The notes beneath the pieces are model-generated. The model saw only the letters and a list, made by a program, of their open reading frames with translations. It did no database searches and was not told the origin of the DNA. The translations under genes and the position numbers were made by a program. A DNA stretch of 63,429 nt, the filler included, from Perkinsus olseni (taxonomy: Eukaryota): the NCBI GenBank assembly GCA_013115125.1. It is 54 parts of 54 records of this genome, joined end to end, with 100 filler letters (N's around TTAATTAATTAA, not from the genome) between each part and the next. Parts side by side here need not be neighbours in the genome. Positions count along the whole stretch, not along the records: positions 23,876 to 24,956 come from JABANN010002124.1; positions 25,057 to 26,136 come from JABANN010002125.1; positions 26,237 to 27,316 come from JABANN010002126.1; positions 27,417 to 28,495 come from JABANN010002127.1; positions 28,596 to 29,672 come from JABANN010002128.1; positions 29,773 to 30,849 come from JABANN010002129.1; positions 30,950 to 32,024 come from JABANN010002130.1; positions 32,125 to 33,198 come from JABANN010002131.1; 46 more parts are not named here. One strand, 5' to 3'. This document shows positions 24,651 through 36,980 of this stretch, in pieces. Every line of letters starts with the position of its first letter. The stretch's first letter is position 1.

Positions 24651-24886
24651 CACCGAAAACAACAAGAAGAACCCTGAACTACTACGAATATTGGCAAGAT
24701 AATAGTAACGTCAATATTACCTCAACGTCCGTCCCCCCTCGGTGGTTTGATGATGGTCCGCATTATCATCAGGAGGAGTTCGGGTATTATTGGATATCAC
24801 CCCATCACTCTGTCCCTTCTGCCCCACACTCGATGATTCTCCTCTTCTGCCTGCTGCTGCTGCTGGTTGTTGTTGTGGAGTAGCAC

Positions 24887-24887
<1 letters not shown>

Positions 24888-24956
<69 letters not shown>
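24888..24956. repeat. (GTT)n microsatellite
   Basis: Direct inspection. Confidence 0.97.
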
Positions 24957-25861
24957 NNNNNNNNNNNNNNNNNNNNNNNNNNNNNNNNNNNNNNNNNNNN
25001 TTAATTAATTAANNNNNNNNNNNNNNNNNNNNNNNNNNNNNNNNNNNNNNNNNNNNCGTCCGTCCGTAAGTACGTGCGTGAGCACAAATATCTGCACAAC
25101 TCGACGGTGTTTGGCAGCAAGCAAGGCATAGAAAAGCGCGTTCTACTGTTCTGATCACACTGTAAATATAGCGTGGTTTGAATTCTTCGCTCGCCCACTT
25201 TCTAGGGAAGATAACTGATTGTGCAATTCTCTATGACCCATAGTCCAGCAGGTTGAGGTTCGAGCGCTCTCGGAATGTTTTATCGGGCGCCCTAAATTTG
25301 TCATGGATGTCACAAATACCCTGCAGTTGTCAATAAACTAATCAGTGATATCACAATTCGCTTTCTGAGTTCTGAGAGGGTGTTTAAGTAGGGCCATCTT
25401 ACTAGAAGGTAGTGAGTTACTGACTCTAAGCACAAATAAATTTGTTACAGTTTTACTTGGCCTTAGAGTTCAACTGTTTGTTACAGTTTAACTGTATTAC
25501 TGATTCCAATATCAACTGCAGGTTAAAAATTATTTGTAAGACAAAAAAAGAAACAAAGGACTGCGTGTGAGTGCCAAGAAAGGGAAACCCGAAACCCCAC
25601 CCGAAACCCGGCAGGGCAACCAGAAACCCGAAATGTTAACCAAGGCCAAGCTGCTCCCAAGGGAACCAGGAAGCCGAGCTGTTAGGTGGGTGAAGGCGGG
25701 AGAACAAATTTGGGGCAAGAGAAGGAAAAAAGGCACGCGCTAAAAAGTTGCCTCCGGCAACAAAGTGTTGCCTTGGGCAACACATTTTCGCCCTCCGTCT
25801 CGACCATCCAGGCTCGATTTTCACCAACAATTTTTTCCGTCCTTTTTTTGTTGCACGACTG

Positions 25862-25916
25862 TTTCCGACTCGGACCGTATAGAGTCGGAAATTCCGACTA
25901 TATACGGTCCGAGTCG
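25862..25916. repeat. Nested near-perfect palindrome
   Basis: 25-nt arms with one mismatch (25866-25916); each arm can also fold on itself. Confidence 0.9.
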
Positions 25917-26236
25917 TTAACGCCAGCGAGCTCGGCCCCCTTCCCACCGAAGGCCTAGTATCATAGACATACTTTTACTAACCCAACAAGTTGGGGTCTT
26001 CCACACAACGGAAGAGACTACACCGTTTCCTGATGTAGACGACGCTGCATCATGATGTACATACAGCATCGTAGAGAAACTCTACTGGCTGTTATAGTCG
26101 ACGAGTGACGATGCTTGTTCACCCCTAATTCACTTANNNNNNNNNNNNNNNNNNNNNNNNNNNNNNNNNNNNNNNNNNNNTTAATTAATTAANNNNNNNN
26201 NNNNNNNNNNNNNNNNNNNNNNNNNNNNNNNNNNNN

Positions 26237-27316
26237 TTCTAAAGGCCTGTCTATACCCAGACTAAGGCCATGATCGATATCCTGAGCCAGCGTCACATCT
26301 TTGTCACGCAAGGCTCGAACCAAGGCACTCAGTAGCTCTACCTTGATGGGAGAGCCAGACGACGCAGAACGCTGTGAACACCGCAAATAAGAGGCGAGAC
26401 ATCGAGAGCACTTCGCCGCGGCCTGAACGACCTTGCTTTCGAGGAGAAGGGCTTGGTCCGGCGAAGGGGCACCGCTAATAGAGGCAACTGCTTCGTCTAC
26501 GCCGAACTCTCGGGAAGCATCGAGAATAATGGAGAGAACCTGGAGTGATTGTTCCTCCGGAGAAGAGCAAACGAACTCACTTGGCAGTGCGGAGCCCAGG
26601 CCAGTGCCATCACGTATGGGCGCTAGTGACTTCCCCTGCAAATGTTCCACACCTCTATCGAACAAATCCTGGACATGATCGAGCACACTATCCGCACTTG
26701 GGGCCTCAAACGACCTCGCGTGGGTAAGTGCTGTCCGAGGGACATGAGGGGGAGAACGCACTCTGGTCCTCTCGCGAAGGCGACTAGTGTAACGCCTCCG
26801 CTGGCGGTAACGGGCAGCAGACGAGCGACGAGAGCGGATAGACATAGGAGGAACTCTGTCAAGCAAACCAACGAGACTCCCATGCAACGAGCAACGCAAA
26901 GCCACGGAGGGTGAAACCTAGACTCGAGAACCTCGAGGAACAAACGGTGTCCCTCATCAAGCCTTGCCCGACTGAGCCCCCGCAGGAGGAGAAGTCTGGC
27001 GTGGTAGTTTACCCGACCTAACACGAGAAGCCTCGTAGTCCTCTGGAGGCCTTTTCTGACCACGTTGAGGACCGTCAGCCGCCCTAGAACGACCACCTTG
27101 GGGACGTTTGTCACCCGCAGCCGGGGACACCTTTACACTGCGAGAGTGTATATTGAGTCCTACAATCTCCGAGGCTGTCGACGTCCAGAGATTCCAATCA
27201 CGGTAACACGCACCGAGGGAAACCCCGCTCCCTCTGCATTCAGCTTCTATCCCTCGCCGCACGGCTTCGTCGACTTCCGAAGCCGTTTTAAAACCATACT
27301 GTGTAGCATACCACAG
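26237..27316 (-). mobile_element. Probable DIRS/Ngaro-like retroelement: gag C-terminus plus pre-RT region
   Basis: Staggered intronless ORFs. IKVELLSALVRALRDKDVTLAQDIDHGLSLG resembles the region just upstream of RT in tyrosine-recombinase retroelements. Confidence 0.45.
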
Positions 27317-27416
27317 NNNNNNNNNNNNNNNNNNNNNNNNNNNNNNNNNNNNNNNNNNNNTTAATTAATTAANNNNNNNNNNNNNNNNNNNNNNNNNNNN
27401 NNNNNNNNNNNNNNNN

Positions 27417-27783
27417 CAAGAGGACGCAGAGAAGCCACAACCAAAAACTTCCAAGTAACCCTTCCAAATCTCACCCTTTCATCATCCCGATGGAAGGTCA
27501 GTGTTACATAACCAGTAGTAGCCAGCTTCGAACCATTCACAGCTGTTAAGGAAGGTGACTGAGTAATCGAGTCAGATTCGATAACATGAGCGAGCGACAG
27601 ACGAGACAAGAGCTCAGAAGAAACCAACGAGACTTGACTACCTGTATCCACAGTAGCCACACAGCGAACAGAGCGTATATTAACATAAATACGGGGTAGG
27701 GGTGTATGTCGAACTGACGACACAACACAACCTATAGTGGGCTCCCGAAGCCCGTAGTCGACGGAAGCCCTGCCTCGTTTCCC
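27417..27783 (-). mobile_element. Ty3/gypsy-like aspartic protease (-1 frame relative to gag)
   Basis: ATVDTGSQVSLVS and LTAVNGS. The frame is open back to the slippery site. Confidence 0.9.
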
Positions 27784-28495
27784 GACACACTAGACTCTTG
27801 CGCACCACTAGCAGGAGCGCGAGATGCCGTCCCACCACTACCAGGCCTATCACCACCAGATTGAACTTGTCCATAGTAGTCACTATCAGCCATAGTAGGA
27901 GCAGTATTAGTAGTAGTACCATTCTTCTTACGAGGGCAGTCCCTGCGAACATGACCAGGTTGGCCGCAGTTAAAACAAATAATACGGCGTCGATGAGTAC
28001 TACCCTTCCCATCACGGGATTGGCGCTTATCATTAGCAGTCCTACTCGTCCGCATAGCTCCTACAGCAGCAACAGATTCTGAAGTTGAACCACCATTTTG
28101 CATACCTTGGGGAGAATGCAACAAAACCCTTGCACGGAGCAGACACTTAGTAAGATCCAAGGATCCTTCCGGTGCCGCACTCAATCTCACTTGAGCAGAC
28201 ACAGTCTCTGGCAACCCTGCACAGAACTTCTCAGATAAAACCGAAGGAGCAGACTCAGGTTGAGTACCCGAAAGAATAAGCAAGCGACGCAAGTCGGCAA
28301 GATAACCATCCACTGATTCACCTTGTTGGTATCTACGATCCTGGAAGGCCTTCCACGCTTCTGATGGCGACGGGTCGAAAGCCGACGCCATGGCAGAAAA
28401 CAAGGCCTCCTTTGTAGAAGTAGAACGAGGAGTCAACTGCGAGTACACATCCCAAGCTTGACCTTCTAAGAACAACGGTAAGTACTTGACCTGAT
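27732..28495 (-). mobile_element. Ty3/gypsy-like Gag with a CCHC zinc knuckle
   Basis: FLEGQAWDVY, QGESVDGYLADL and CFNCGQPGHVRRDC. Confidence 0.92.
27739..27783 (-). promoter_or_regulatory. -1 programmed ribosomal frameshift signal
   Basis: G GGA AAC (27783-27777), 6-nt spacer, 9-bp stem GGGCTTCCG/CGGGAGCCC. Confidence 0.8.
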
Positions 28496-28595
28496 NNNNN
28501 NNNNNNNNNNNNNNNNNNNNNNNNNNNNNNNNNNNNNNNTTAATTAATTAANNNNNNNNNNNNNNNNNNNNNNNNNNNNNNNNNNNNNNNNNNNN

Positions 28596-29671
28596 TAGAT
28601 ATTCAAGGACGTCTACTCTGGCGTGAGGTCTGTCAAACCTACAAGAGCTGGGACGACACGCTCAAGGAAGACTTGGTACATCGTATCAAGGCATGGGCAA
28701 CGTCGTGCACAGAGATAACTACGTCGATAGGGTTCGAGAGGTTCATTGACTTGGAGAACTACCCCCTGCTGGTCTCATCAGATGCTTCTGGTGAAAGTTG
28801 GGGTGTAGACGTGAGGTGCACTACTGGTGAAGGGACTACGACTAGGGTCATGGCACGTGGTGGAGTCTTTCCGAGCTCACAATCTAAGTGGAGTATTCCA
28901 CGTAAGGAGCTAGTGGCCTTGTACCACGCCCTCACTTGGATACGCTCTACGTCTGCCTATCTACCCGTCAAGACTTGTCTACGTCCTCACCAATCACCTC
29001 TTGAGCCTCTGGTACCCAACCTACCTGCTCGACAGGTCACCCTCCTATGCGACAGTGAGATCACCGTCTACCGTCTACGACGTCCCGGTAAAGATAAGAA
29101 GCTACCGATTGTTGAACGACGTCGACTGAAAGAGATAAGGGAGATGTGTCGACAACTTGACGTTATCGTCAAGCACATTCCCTCTGAGTTGAACTACGCC
29201 GACTCTATATCACGTGCTAAGTTCAACGACAAGTCTATCGACGGAGCTCATGTCTGCAAGGCGGTGTCTGTCAGTGAGGTTGTCTTTGACTACAGGGAGA
29301 CTACGAGTGACGAAGCGGCCGAGGACATAGCTAAGACCAACGACGAAGACCCCTGCCAGCGGTTGACTACTTCTCCCGTGGCTAACGCCACGAACACATC
29401 AACAACAACCACTACTGGTAGGGAGGGCCAGAACGTCACTACTTCTCCCGTGGCTAACGCCACGAACACGTCAACTACGACTATCATTGCCGGGGAGGCG
29501 GAGAACGTCACTACTTCTCCCGTGGCTAACGCCACGAACAACTCTCCAACGACTAAGGCTCTGGTGATGACCCTCAACTGTGACGGCATCGACTTGCCCG
29601 ACTACAACACCTTCACTACGGAGCAACAAGAAGAACTACGTGAGCTTTCGCGTTATGCTAAACCGGTGGAG
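28596..29671 (+). mobile_element. Pol fragment: BEL/Pao-like RNase H
   Basis: SSDAS, SIPRKELVAL, LCDSEI and HIPSELNYADSISR. Confidence 0.85.
29366..29540 (+). repeat. Three-copy 72-bp in-frame tandem repeat (TTSPVANATN...)
   Basis: ACTACTTCTCCCGTGGCTAACGCCACGAAC at 29366, 29438 and 29510. Confidence 0.95.
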
Positions 29672-29772
29672 GNNNNNNNNNNNNNNNNNNNNNNNNNNNN
29701 NNNNNNNNNNNNNNNNTTAATTAATTAANNNNNNNNNNNNNNNNNNNNNNNNNNNNNNNNNNNNNNNNNNNN

Positions 29773-30065
29773 CGGCAGAGCTGTTCCCGGACCACGCGAG
29801 AGGTTTGGCGTCGAGTCTATCCATCATGACCACATGGTTATTCGCAGCTGTATTCCTGCTGTCCCTAGACCACGCAATCGAGGCAACATCCATGCAAGCC
29901 GTCTTCTTTTTCTTCGTTGTAATCTCATTTGTATTGATGGTATTTATATGGTGGTTGCTGCCGGAGACTAAAGGCAAGACTCTGGATGAGGTCCAGCTGC
30001 TTTTCCGCGCTGAGCACCCTGTCAAAGCTCACAGCATGGGAAGCTCGAATCACGATGTAGAGTAA
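29773..30065 (+). CDS. MFS sugar porter, C-terminal part
   Basis: AELFPDHARG, two transmembrane helices and the PETKGKTLDEV signature. Confidence 0.92.
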
Positions 30066-31049
30066 GGCTCCTCTGGCAGGAGCACATAGTGCAGTCGTGG
30101 AAGACTGGGCTTGGGCCCTTGTCGACATATTAGATCTATTTTCCGTTCGGGTCTTCGTGCCCGGGCTTTCAGCTCACCACCTATACATTTCGTGGTGATT
30201 CTGTACCAATGATAGGCGTTCACTTTGTTGGGGTCGCTTGCGTTTTATGACGTTGTCGTTATAAGCGGGCCGTAGTCCGGAGTAACCTGTTAACCGCGTA
30301 TTATATCACTATTATCGACGTGTAATTATGAGTATTTGCGGAGGGCCACCGTAACGTGCACCTTCAGCAGTCTCACTTGCCCTCCATCAGGGTGCTTCTC
30401 TGCTGCTGCAAGCAGCCTGCTAGGCAAATGGCATTCCCAGGGTCCCGTAGCGTCGTCCTGATGCCTGACATGATGCGGTTTTCCAGGCACTGGAAGATTG
30501 CGAGCATCGTGATTTTCATCGTTGAATCGATTCAGAGGCGCCTAGTCTTAATCTTTCAGACGCACACAGTATCGAGGTCATCTTCGGGGAGAGCAGCACG
30601 TACCCCTTGGTTCGCGATTCAGCTTGTCTTGACGTCTACAGCCCTACCACTGGGGGTTTCTGCCGTACCGTGTGTCGCGGTGAAACGTCAGTCTCTGTGC
30701 GATTCAGTATACCATCTCTCTATCTTGCTCCTATGCAGTCTTCTTCTCAACTCCCATGCTCGCTTCGTTCAACGCATCTTCTGACCTATACGTGATTATC
30801 TGTTCTTGTATCAGTCTGCTTGGTGGTGTAGCTGTTGGTGTTGGTCTTGNNNNNNNNNNNNNNNNNNNNNNNNNNNNNNNNNNNNNNNNNNNNTTAATTA
30901 ATTAANNNNNNNNNNNNNNNNNNNNNNNNNNNNNNNNNNNNNNNNNNNNCTGACTATGGCTACCGCCCCACCGGTCTACCGCTGTCTCCGCTCATTAACC
31001 CGCTCCTTTGTCAGTTTATCCTTCCCCCCCCCTTCTCTCTCACCCAGAC

Positions 31050-32024
31050 ATGGCTGGAGGCGACGAATTGACCGCCGACGAGATCGAGGCAGCAAGAGTA
31101 GCAGCCGAAGCCGCCGCCGCTGCTGCCAACGGCCGCACTAACGAAGGCGACACCGAGGGCGACACCGAGAGCGACAAGAAAGAGAAGAAGGCTGCAGGCT
31201 GGAAGTCCACTGCCGACTCGCCCTCGGAGACCTCTGGTTCACCCCCGACAGACTGGGCAAGCAGCCTCGCGTCATTCCTGAGGATCAGTCAGGATGACGC
31301 CAACAGGCAAGCCGCCAAGGCTATCCCCAACCTGGAGGCCTTACTCCAAGGGACCCCTCATCTCAGAGGGATGTGCCACGACCTCCATCCCGAGGATTCC
31401 CTGGTCAAGGAGGTCCACTCTGGCAGTCTGACCAACAGTCGCCCCGACCGAATCAGACACGTGCTCGCTCTCCCGATCAAGCGGTTCCTGCGGCCTAACG
31501 AGGACGCTGGGCTCATGAGCAACGTCTTCAAGGCCCTTCTACGCTGGTCTACCACCGTTGTACTTATCAGCAACCACAAGGCCGAGTCCGACAGCGAGCT
31601 TGGCAGGGTAGACATCGGTCCCCTTCTCGCGCACCTGCTGAATTGCGCACAGGCTACATCCAGGAAGGCTTTCGGTCCTAATAGCCGAGCTTCCGGTCCA
31701 CAGGGTGCGGCTGAGTATCACAAGCTCGTCCAGGAGAAGATCGTCGACCTCTTGAGGCAGGGTAAACCTATGGCCACGGTACTGCCAAAGTTCGCCAAGT
31801 ACCACGACGACCTCAGCATACGAGCAAGTGAGACGGCCGCCGAAAATCGCTCCAAGCCCCAGCCCACCTCGCGGAGCAGTACTCACGCAGAAGCCAAGCG
31901 TCAAGGGCAGAAAGGGCGCCGCAAGGGGGAAGGTCGGCGCGATGCTCCCAACAAGAAGGCCCGCAATGGAGACAAAGGCACTGGCACGGAGTCCACGTCG
32001 TCCTCCAAAACCACGGCCCAGAAG
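31050..32024 (+). mobile_element. Gag-like ORF1, probably of a DIRS-like retroelement
   Basis: Intronless frame of about 325 codons with an acidic N-terminus, helical core and basic K/G/R tail; no decisive motif. Confidence 0.4.
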
Positions 32025-33298
32025 NNNNNNNNNNNNNNNNNNNNNNNNNNNNNNNNNNNNNNNNNNNNTTAATTAATTAANNNNNNNNNNNNNNNNNNNN
32101 NNNNNNNNNNNNNNNNNNNNNNNNGAAACTGAAGTGGCGATTGCTGAAGATTTTTCCGTTTTTTGATGTTCATTGTTGGCCTTATGTTACTTCTGAAGAT
32201 TAGCGTTTGTCGTTGCGTTGTAATTCGAGCTCTTCTTCGGAAAGGATGGCGTGTCGATAAGCTTGTCGGCGCGTGCGAAGCTTCGCGTATATTTTCTTCA
32301 GATGTTCGGGTGATGTCACCTCCATAAAGGGGTTGTCCCTTCCCCTGCCGTATATGAAGAGTAGCATCTCACTACTCAATGATTCTGCAGATGTTAAACG
32401 TTTGATATGAATGTGTTGACTAGGTTGAGGAGCGACCACACATAGCGGGGAGCTAGAAGGTCTGCCTCTCACGTTTTTACTCTTCTCTCTCGACCGGCAA
32501 TTGGGACAGCCTTACGATTTGGATCATTAAGTTCCGTTTCTATTCTCGGTCGTTTCGAGCCAATATTGCGGTGATTCTCTCGCCTTTGTGAACGTTCCGC
32601 TCCTTAACGGGGAATTAGTCGCGATCGCGCGGAAACTTCCGAGGTAAGTTCAAGGGAGTAGAGAGCACAACGGGTGAGAAGTTCTGCTGACTTTCTTCTG
32701 TAGTTCTTGTTAGATGAAGGGGCGACGCTTAGTTCAGCCCAAAATAGAGGTGAACAGCGTCCACTCCCCTGACGGTCGACTTTGCAATCTCCTGTGGTGT
32801 CTACGAGACGTGAGCCATTACGGTTCACCTCGTTATTCGCGTCGCCCGCATTTGCCTCCTCTCCCACCGACGGGCATCCATACATTAATGGGGGAGGTCT
32901 CTGACAAAACTGAAAACTAGGGCGATTCAAGCACTGCTAGTGATCAGCATTGATGGCCGATGCGTTTCTCCCATGGTGGAATAAAACTCAACAAAGAGTG
33001 AATGACGCAAGACAGCAGCAGAGTGTTTCTCTGCTGTTGTTGTTGAAGAAGGTCTCATAGGAGGCCCCACTAAGCCTTGATAATACAGCTTTATAATAAT
33101 GAGAGTAGATGGTAGCAACTACTACTGAATATCCTAATAATAGGCGGATACTACTGAATATTAAACAAAATATGAAGTTGTTGGTATTATTATTAATGNN
33201 NNNNNNNNNNNNNNNNNNNNNNNNNNNNNNNNNNNNNNNNNNTTAATTAATTAANNNNNNNNNNNNNNNNNNNNNNNNNNNNNNNNNNNNNNNNNNNN

Positions 33299-33459
33299 CG
33301 CCCTAGGAACGTTCCTGAGGCACGTTCTTCAAGAACGTGTTTGATGAACATGCCTGAAGTTCATGCCCAGGCACGTTCCCGAAACTTTCCAGGAACGTAT
33401 TTATTGAACACACGTATTTTCCTGGGAACGAACTCGCGCTTGTCTATTGAACAGCCCGT
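33299..33459 (-). mobile_element. Terminal inverted repeat and subterminal repeats, same family as 2233-2304
   Basis: Exact 41-nt inverse match plus repeated GAACGT/ACGTTC units. Confidence 0.75.
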
Positions 33460-33505
33460 GTGTGTTAGGCATCATCGTGTGTTACATACAGCTAAAACGA
33501 ACTTA

Positions 33506-33749
33506 CCTGATTTCGGTGGGAGTGGCTTGGCTGCTGCTGACTTTCATCTTCTTGAAGGCGTCGAGAAGCTTTTTCGGGCCGAAGGCTTCGGCTTGAAGGC
33601 TTTGACTCGAAGCCTTTGAGAGGTGCACGAGTTTTACGCGGGATAGATTTACCTCGCTCAACGGCTTTCCAGAGAATCTCTCGAACTCAGCGATCTGGTC
33701 AGAAGAGGCAGAAGCCTTGTAAAATATGTAGGTTGACGAACGCAACATA
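33506..33749 (-). CDS. First exon of a hypothetical protein
   Basis: ATG-initiated frame MLRSSTYIF...PTEI ending at an AG/GTAAGT donor. Confidence 0.4.
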
Positions 33750-34299
33750 CGTTGGATGTCGATGAAGACGATAAAAAGATGTATGAAAGAGTTGTGTTTG
33801 GCGGGCGTACTACGCCCGCCACTCCTTCGTACTTCGTACCACAACTCTTTCGTACCGTTTCACGATACCGTACGCCCGGCGTACGGTATCCTCGTCATCC
33901 TAGCGCACACAAGGGCTAAAGTCTATGATAGACTGTCTATCAATAAAAGGAGTCTGCAGATGGTCTACACGGGACTGCTGAATAGTACGTATGCTTGACC
34001 AGTGGTCAATAACCACACCTCTTCGTGGACTCGTTCCATGTATGCTTGACGGAACGGTGCATAGCAAATAGTATCAGCCTGATACCTGGGACTTCCCGGC
34101 TGGGAGGATCTTCAAGCTGGAGGACATCATTTCAGTGCTGCAAAATGATTGATCGGTCGGTGTCGCATGTTACGAATAACGGGAAGCCGAACGTCCAGCA
34201 GCAGCTCTGTTTGGAAGGGATCGATAATTTAAAAAACTTTAGCCGGAGAGCTTTTCCGGGAAAAGTGTGATACTTTAAGTATCCAGTCAACGAAGTTTG

Positions 34300-34371
34300 T
34301 ACAGGGTGTTCCAATTCGATATGCAAATCACTAAAATCAGTCTAATTCATGCCATATTGCGTGTTTGAAGC
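34300..34371 (+). mobile_element. Probable Tc1/mariner terminus
   Basis: TA followed by CAGGGTGTTCCA near the contig end. Confidence 0.5.
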
Positions 34372-35788
34372 NNNNNNNNNNNNNNNNNNNNNNNNNNNNN
34401 NNNNNNNNNNNNNNNTTAATTAATTAANNNNNNNNNNNNNNNNNNNNNNNNNNNNNNNNNNNNNNNNNNNNATCCGGTACAATGTACACAAGATTGGAAA
34501 TGGTGTGGTATGACATGCACACATACGTTTTGTGTAACATGTCCCACCTCAGTGTAAATTAGAGCTCTTACGCCTTCGCCGTTTCATCATTCGACCGCTA
34601 AAATTCAATGAAATGTGTTGTTTCCAAGGCGTTCAAAGTTGGGTTATGCCCTGCCAGCCCTGGGCGACACAATCTCATATCGGGGATCAGCTGTTGCGAT
34701 TCATGATGGTGAGGAATGCTCAATAAAATTTGCCAATTGAGGAAGCTCTAGCAACTGGGTACCTGACACGGAATATAATCTGGTGAGAACAGCTATGCTG
34801 CAACAGCATCGTCGCATTAGAATGGTTGACAAGTTGTCAATGACAACCACTGCTTGTCGTCTACAACTTGTCGATGCATTGGACAGGCGGGACCGCCACT
34901 GTCGGGCAGCCATGGTCCTGTGACTACAACGGCTGACGAACAAGCAGAAAAACTGGTAGTTCTCAATGGACGTTTGTTCAAGAAGATACTCCGCGAGGTT
35001 TGCAATTGGTAGACGTGATCTAGTTGAATTGGGACGCTCTTTCGAGCATAATCTACCAGAGTTCACGCCGTTGACTAGATAGCCTAGAGCTTGAACGGCA
35101 ATCCTGGTCTTTGCGGAGCGATAGTTGGCGATAGATTCGGAAGCATTGAATGAAAAATCTGAACTCTGTAGCACAAAACTGCTGCTGAACATCAGGAACG
35201 GCCCGATCATCACCAATTCTCGACGGGATGAGCGAGGTCCATTCCGGTAGCAGGGACAAATGCAGAAAAGTACATGGCGAATCAAGGGAGAAAGATTCAC
35301 TTTTCACTAGTATCAGGGCACACTCAGCTCATTGCTAGGTGGTTTGAGTCCGATTTGCGGGCCTCGTCTACGTATGAACTGTTGTTGGAAGCGGAAGACT
35401 TCTCGTCGTGAATATCTTCTAGTCCATTGCTGAAGTCTGCCGCATCATTACGTAGTTCTTCGAGAGAGTTTTGAGCTCACGAGAGGTCACTGGTGTCTAC
35501 CTTCTTCACCCTGAGCGTAAGTCCGGATCCCCGTAGTTGACAAANNNNNNNNNNNNNNNNNNNNNNNNNNNNNNNNNNNNNNNNNNNNTTAATTAATTAA
35601 NNNNNNNNNNNNNNNNNNNNNNNNNNNNNNNNNNNNNNNNNNNNGGTGGACAGTATAAGGTCCTTGCAGGACGTGAGCTCATTGACCGATGGGGGCTTGT
35701 ACTCTACGGTGTTCGTCAGGGTTTTATCAATGGGAGATGTGTTTTCCGTAGAAGTGCTCCCAGTGACGAACAGGGTCTGCCCGACGAC

Positions 35789-36716
35789 ATGGTTTGTCGA
35801 CTCATTGAGTCTGTCGGTTCGGTTGATGATGTCCTCTGTCACCTCACCCCATTGACAGGTATCGACGCTCCTTTACAGTCGTCAGCTGAGGCTAGTGGAA
35901 TCCTACTGCCCAAGCTAACGAAGGAGGAGAGTTCATGCGTCGATCGATCATTGAGCTCTGTTGTAGACGAAGGATGGGTACCATTGCCACGCACCAATCA
36001 GGCGTATCATAGCCGCGTGCGCAAGTTATTACCGTGCGAGTTCGTAGACCTCCCGGGTGTTCAAACTCACGTTTGTGAGGTCCGAGTCCCAGAGCCGAGG
36101 GGATCATCAAATCAGGGAGCCTCTTATGCACGGTCGTTGTACCTTCGTCTGCCGGCTGAGCTACAAAAGGAGTATAAAAGGTTGGTCTCCGAATACCTAG
36201 CCTCTAACTGGTGGGTTCCGGTCGCTCGTGATGCTGTGGTTCCGAGACAGCAGGGTACTTCACGCGCAGCCGCCCAGGTATTCCTCATTCCTCCGAATGA
36301 GACACGCAAAAAGGCTAGACTAGTGGTGGATTTCCGACCCTACAATCGTACCCTGAGTCCAGCAGGTAACGATCAACCTCCCATTTCCTTTGTGTTGGGG
36401 GCGTTACGAGCAGAGTCTCGGGAATGTATCGGCCTTGCCGATGCTAGGTCGGCGTTTTACAAGTGCCGTTTGGCAAACACCACCCTTCTGTTGGAGACCG
36501 GGGACAGCAATGAGTTCCTGTTCCAGAGCATCAGGATGTGCTTCGGAGTGGTCTTCGGACCTTCGGGCCTGAGTGGCGGTCTGGGTCGGCTGGGAGGTTC
36601 GCTGAGGTCATGCGACTTGTCCGTCGCGCTGCTCTGCCTGGTGCTGTTGTTCATTTTTGTTGATGATCTGTGCGTCTCGGGTCCGACCAGAGCCACGATC
36701 ATCCAGTTCAAGCTGT
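35789..36716 (+). mobile_element. LTR retrotransposon reverse transcriptase (BEL/Pao-like)
   Basis: KARLVVDFRPYN, LADARSAFY, RMCFGVVFGP and FVDD. Confidence 0.9.
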
Positions 36717-36980
36717 NNNNNNNNNNNNNNNNNNNNNNNNNNNNNNNNNNNNNNNNNNNNTTAATTAATTAANNNNNNNNNNNNNNNNNNNNNNNNNNNN
36801 NNNNNNNNNNNNNNNNCACTGCATCCTCTATGAAATTTTCTTGCCCTTCTTGAATTCTTCGCTGCCTTGTCAATTTTCCCGCTACTAATTTTGCTGTTAC
36901 GCCGGTTCCACCACGGGAAGTTCCGTTGTTTGATACTGTACATCGTGCAGAACAGCTAGAAAGGAACCCAGTACTATAGA

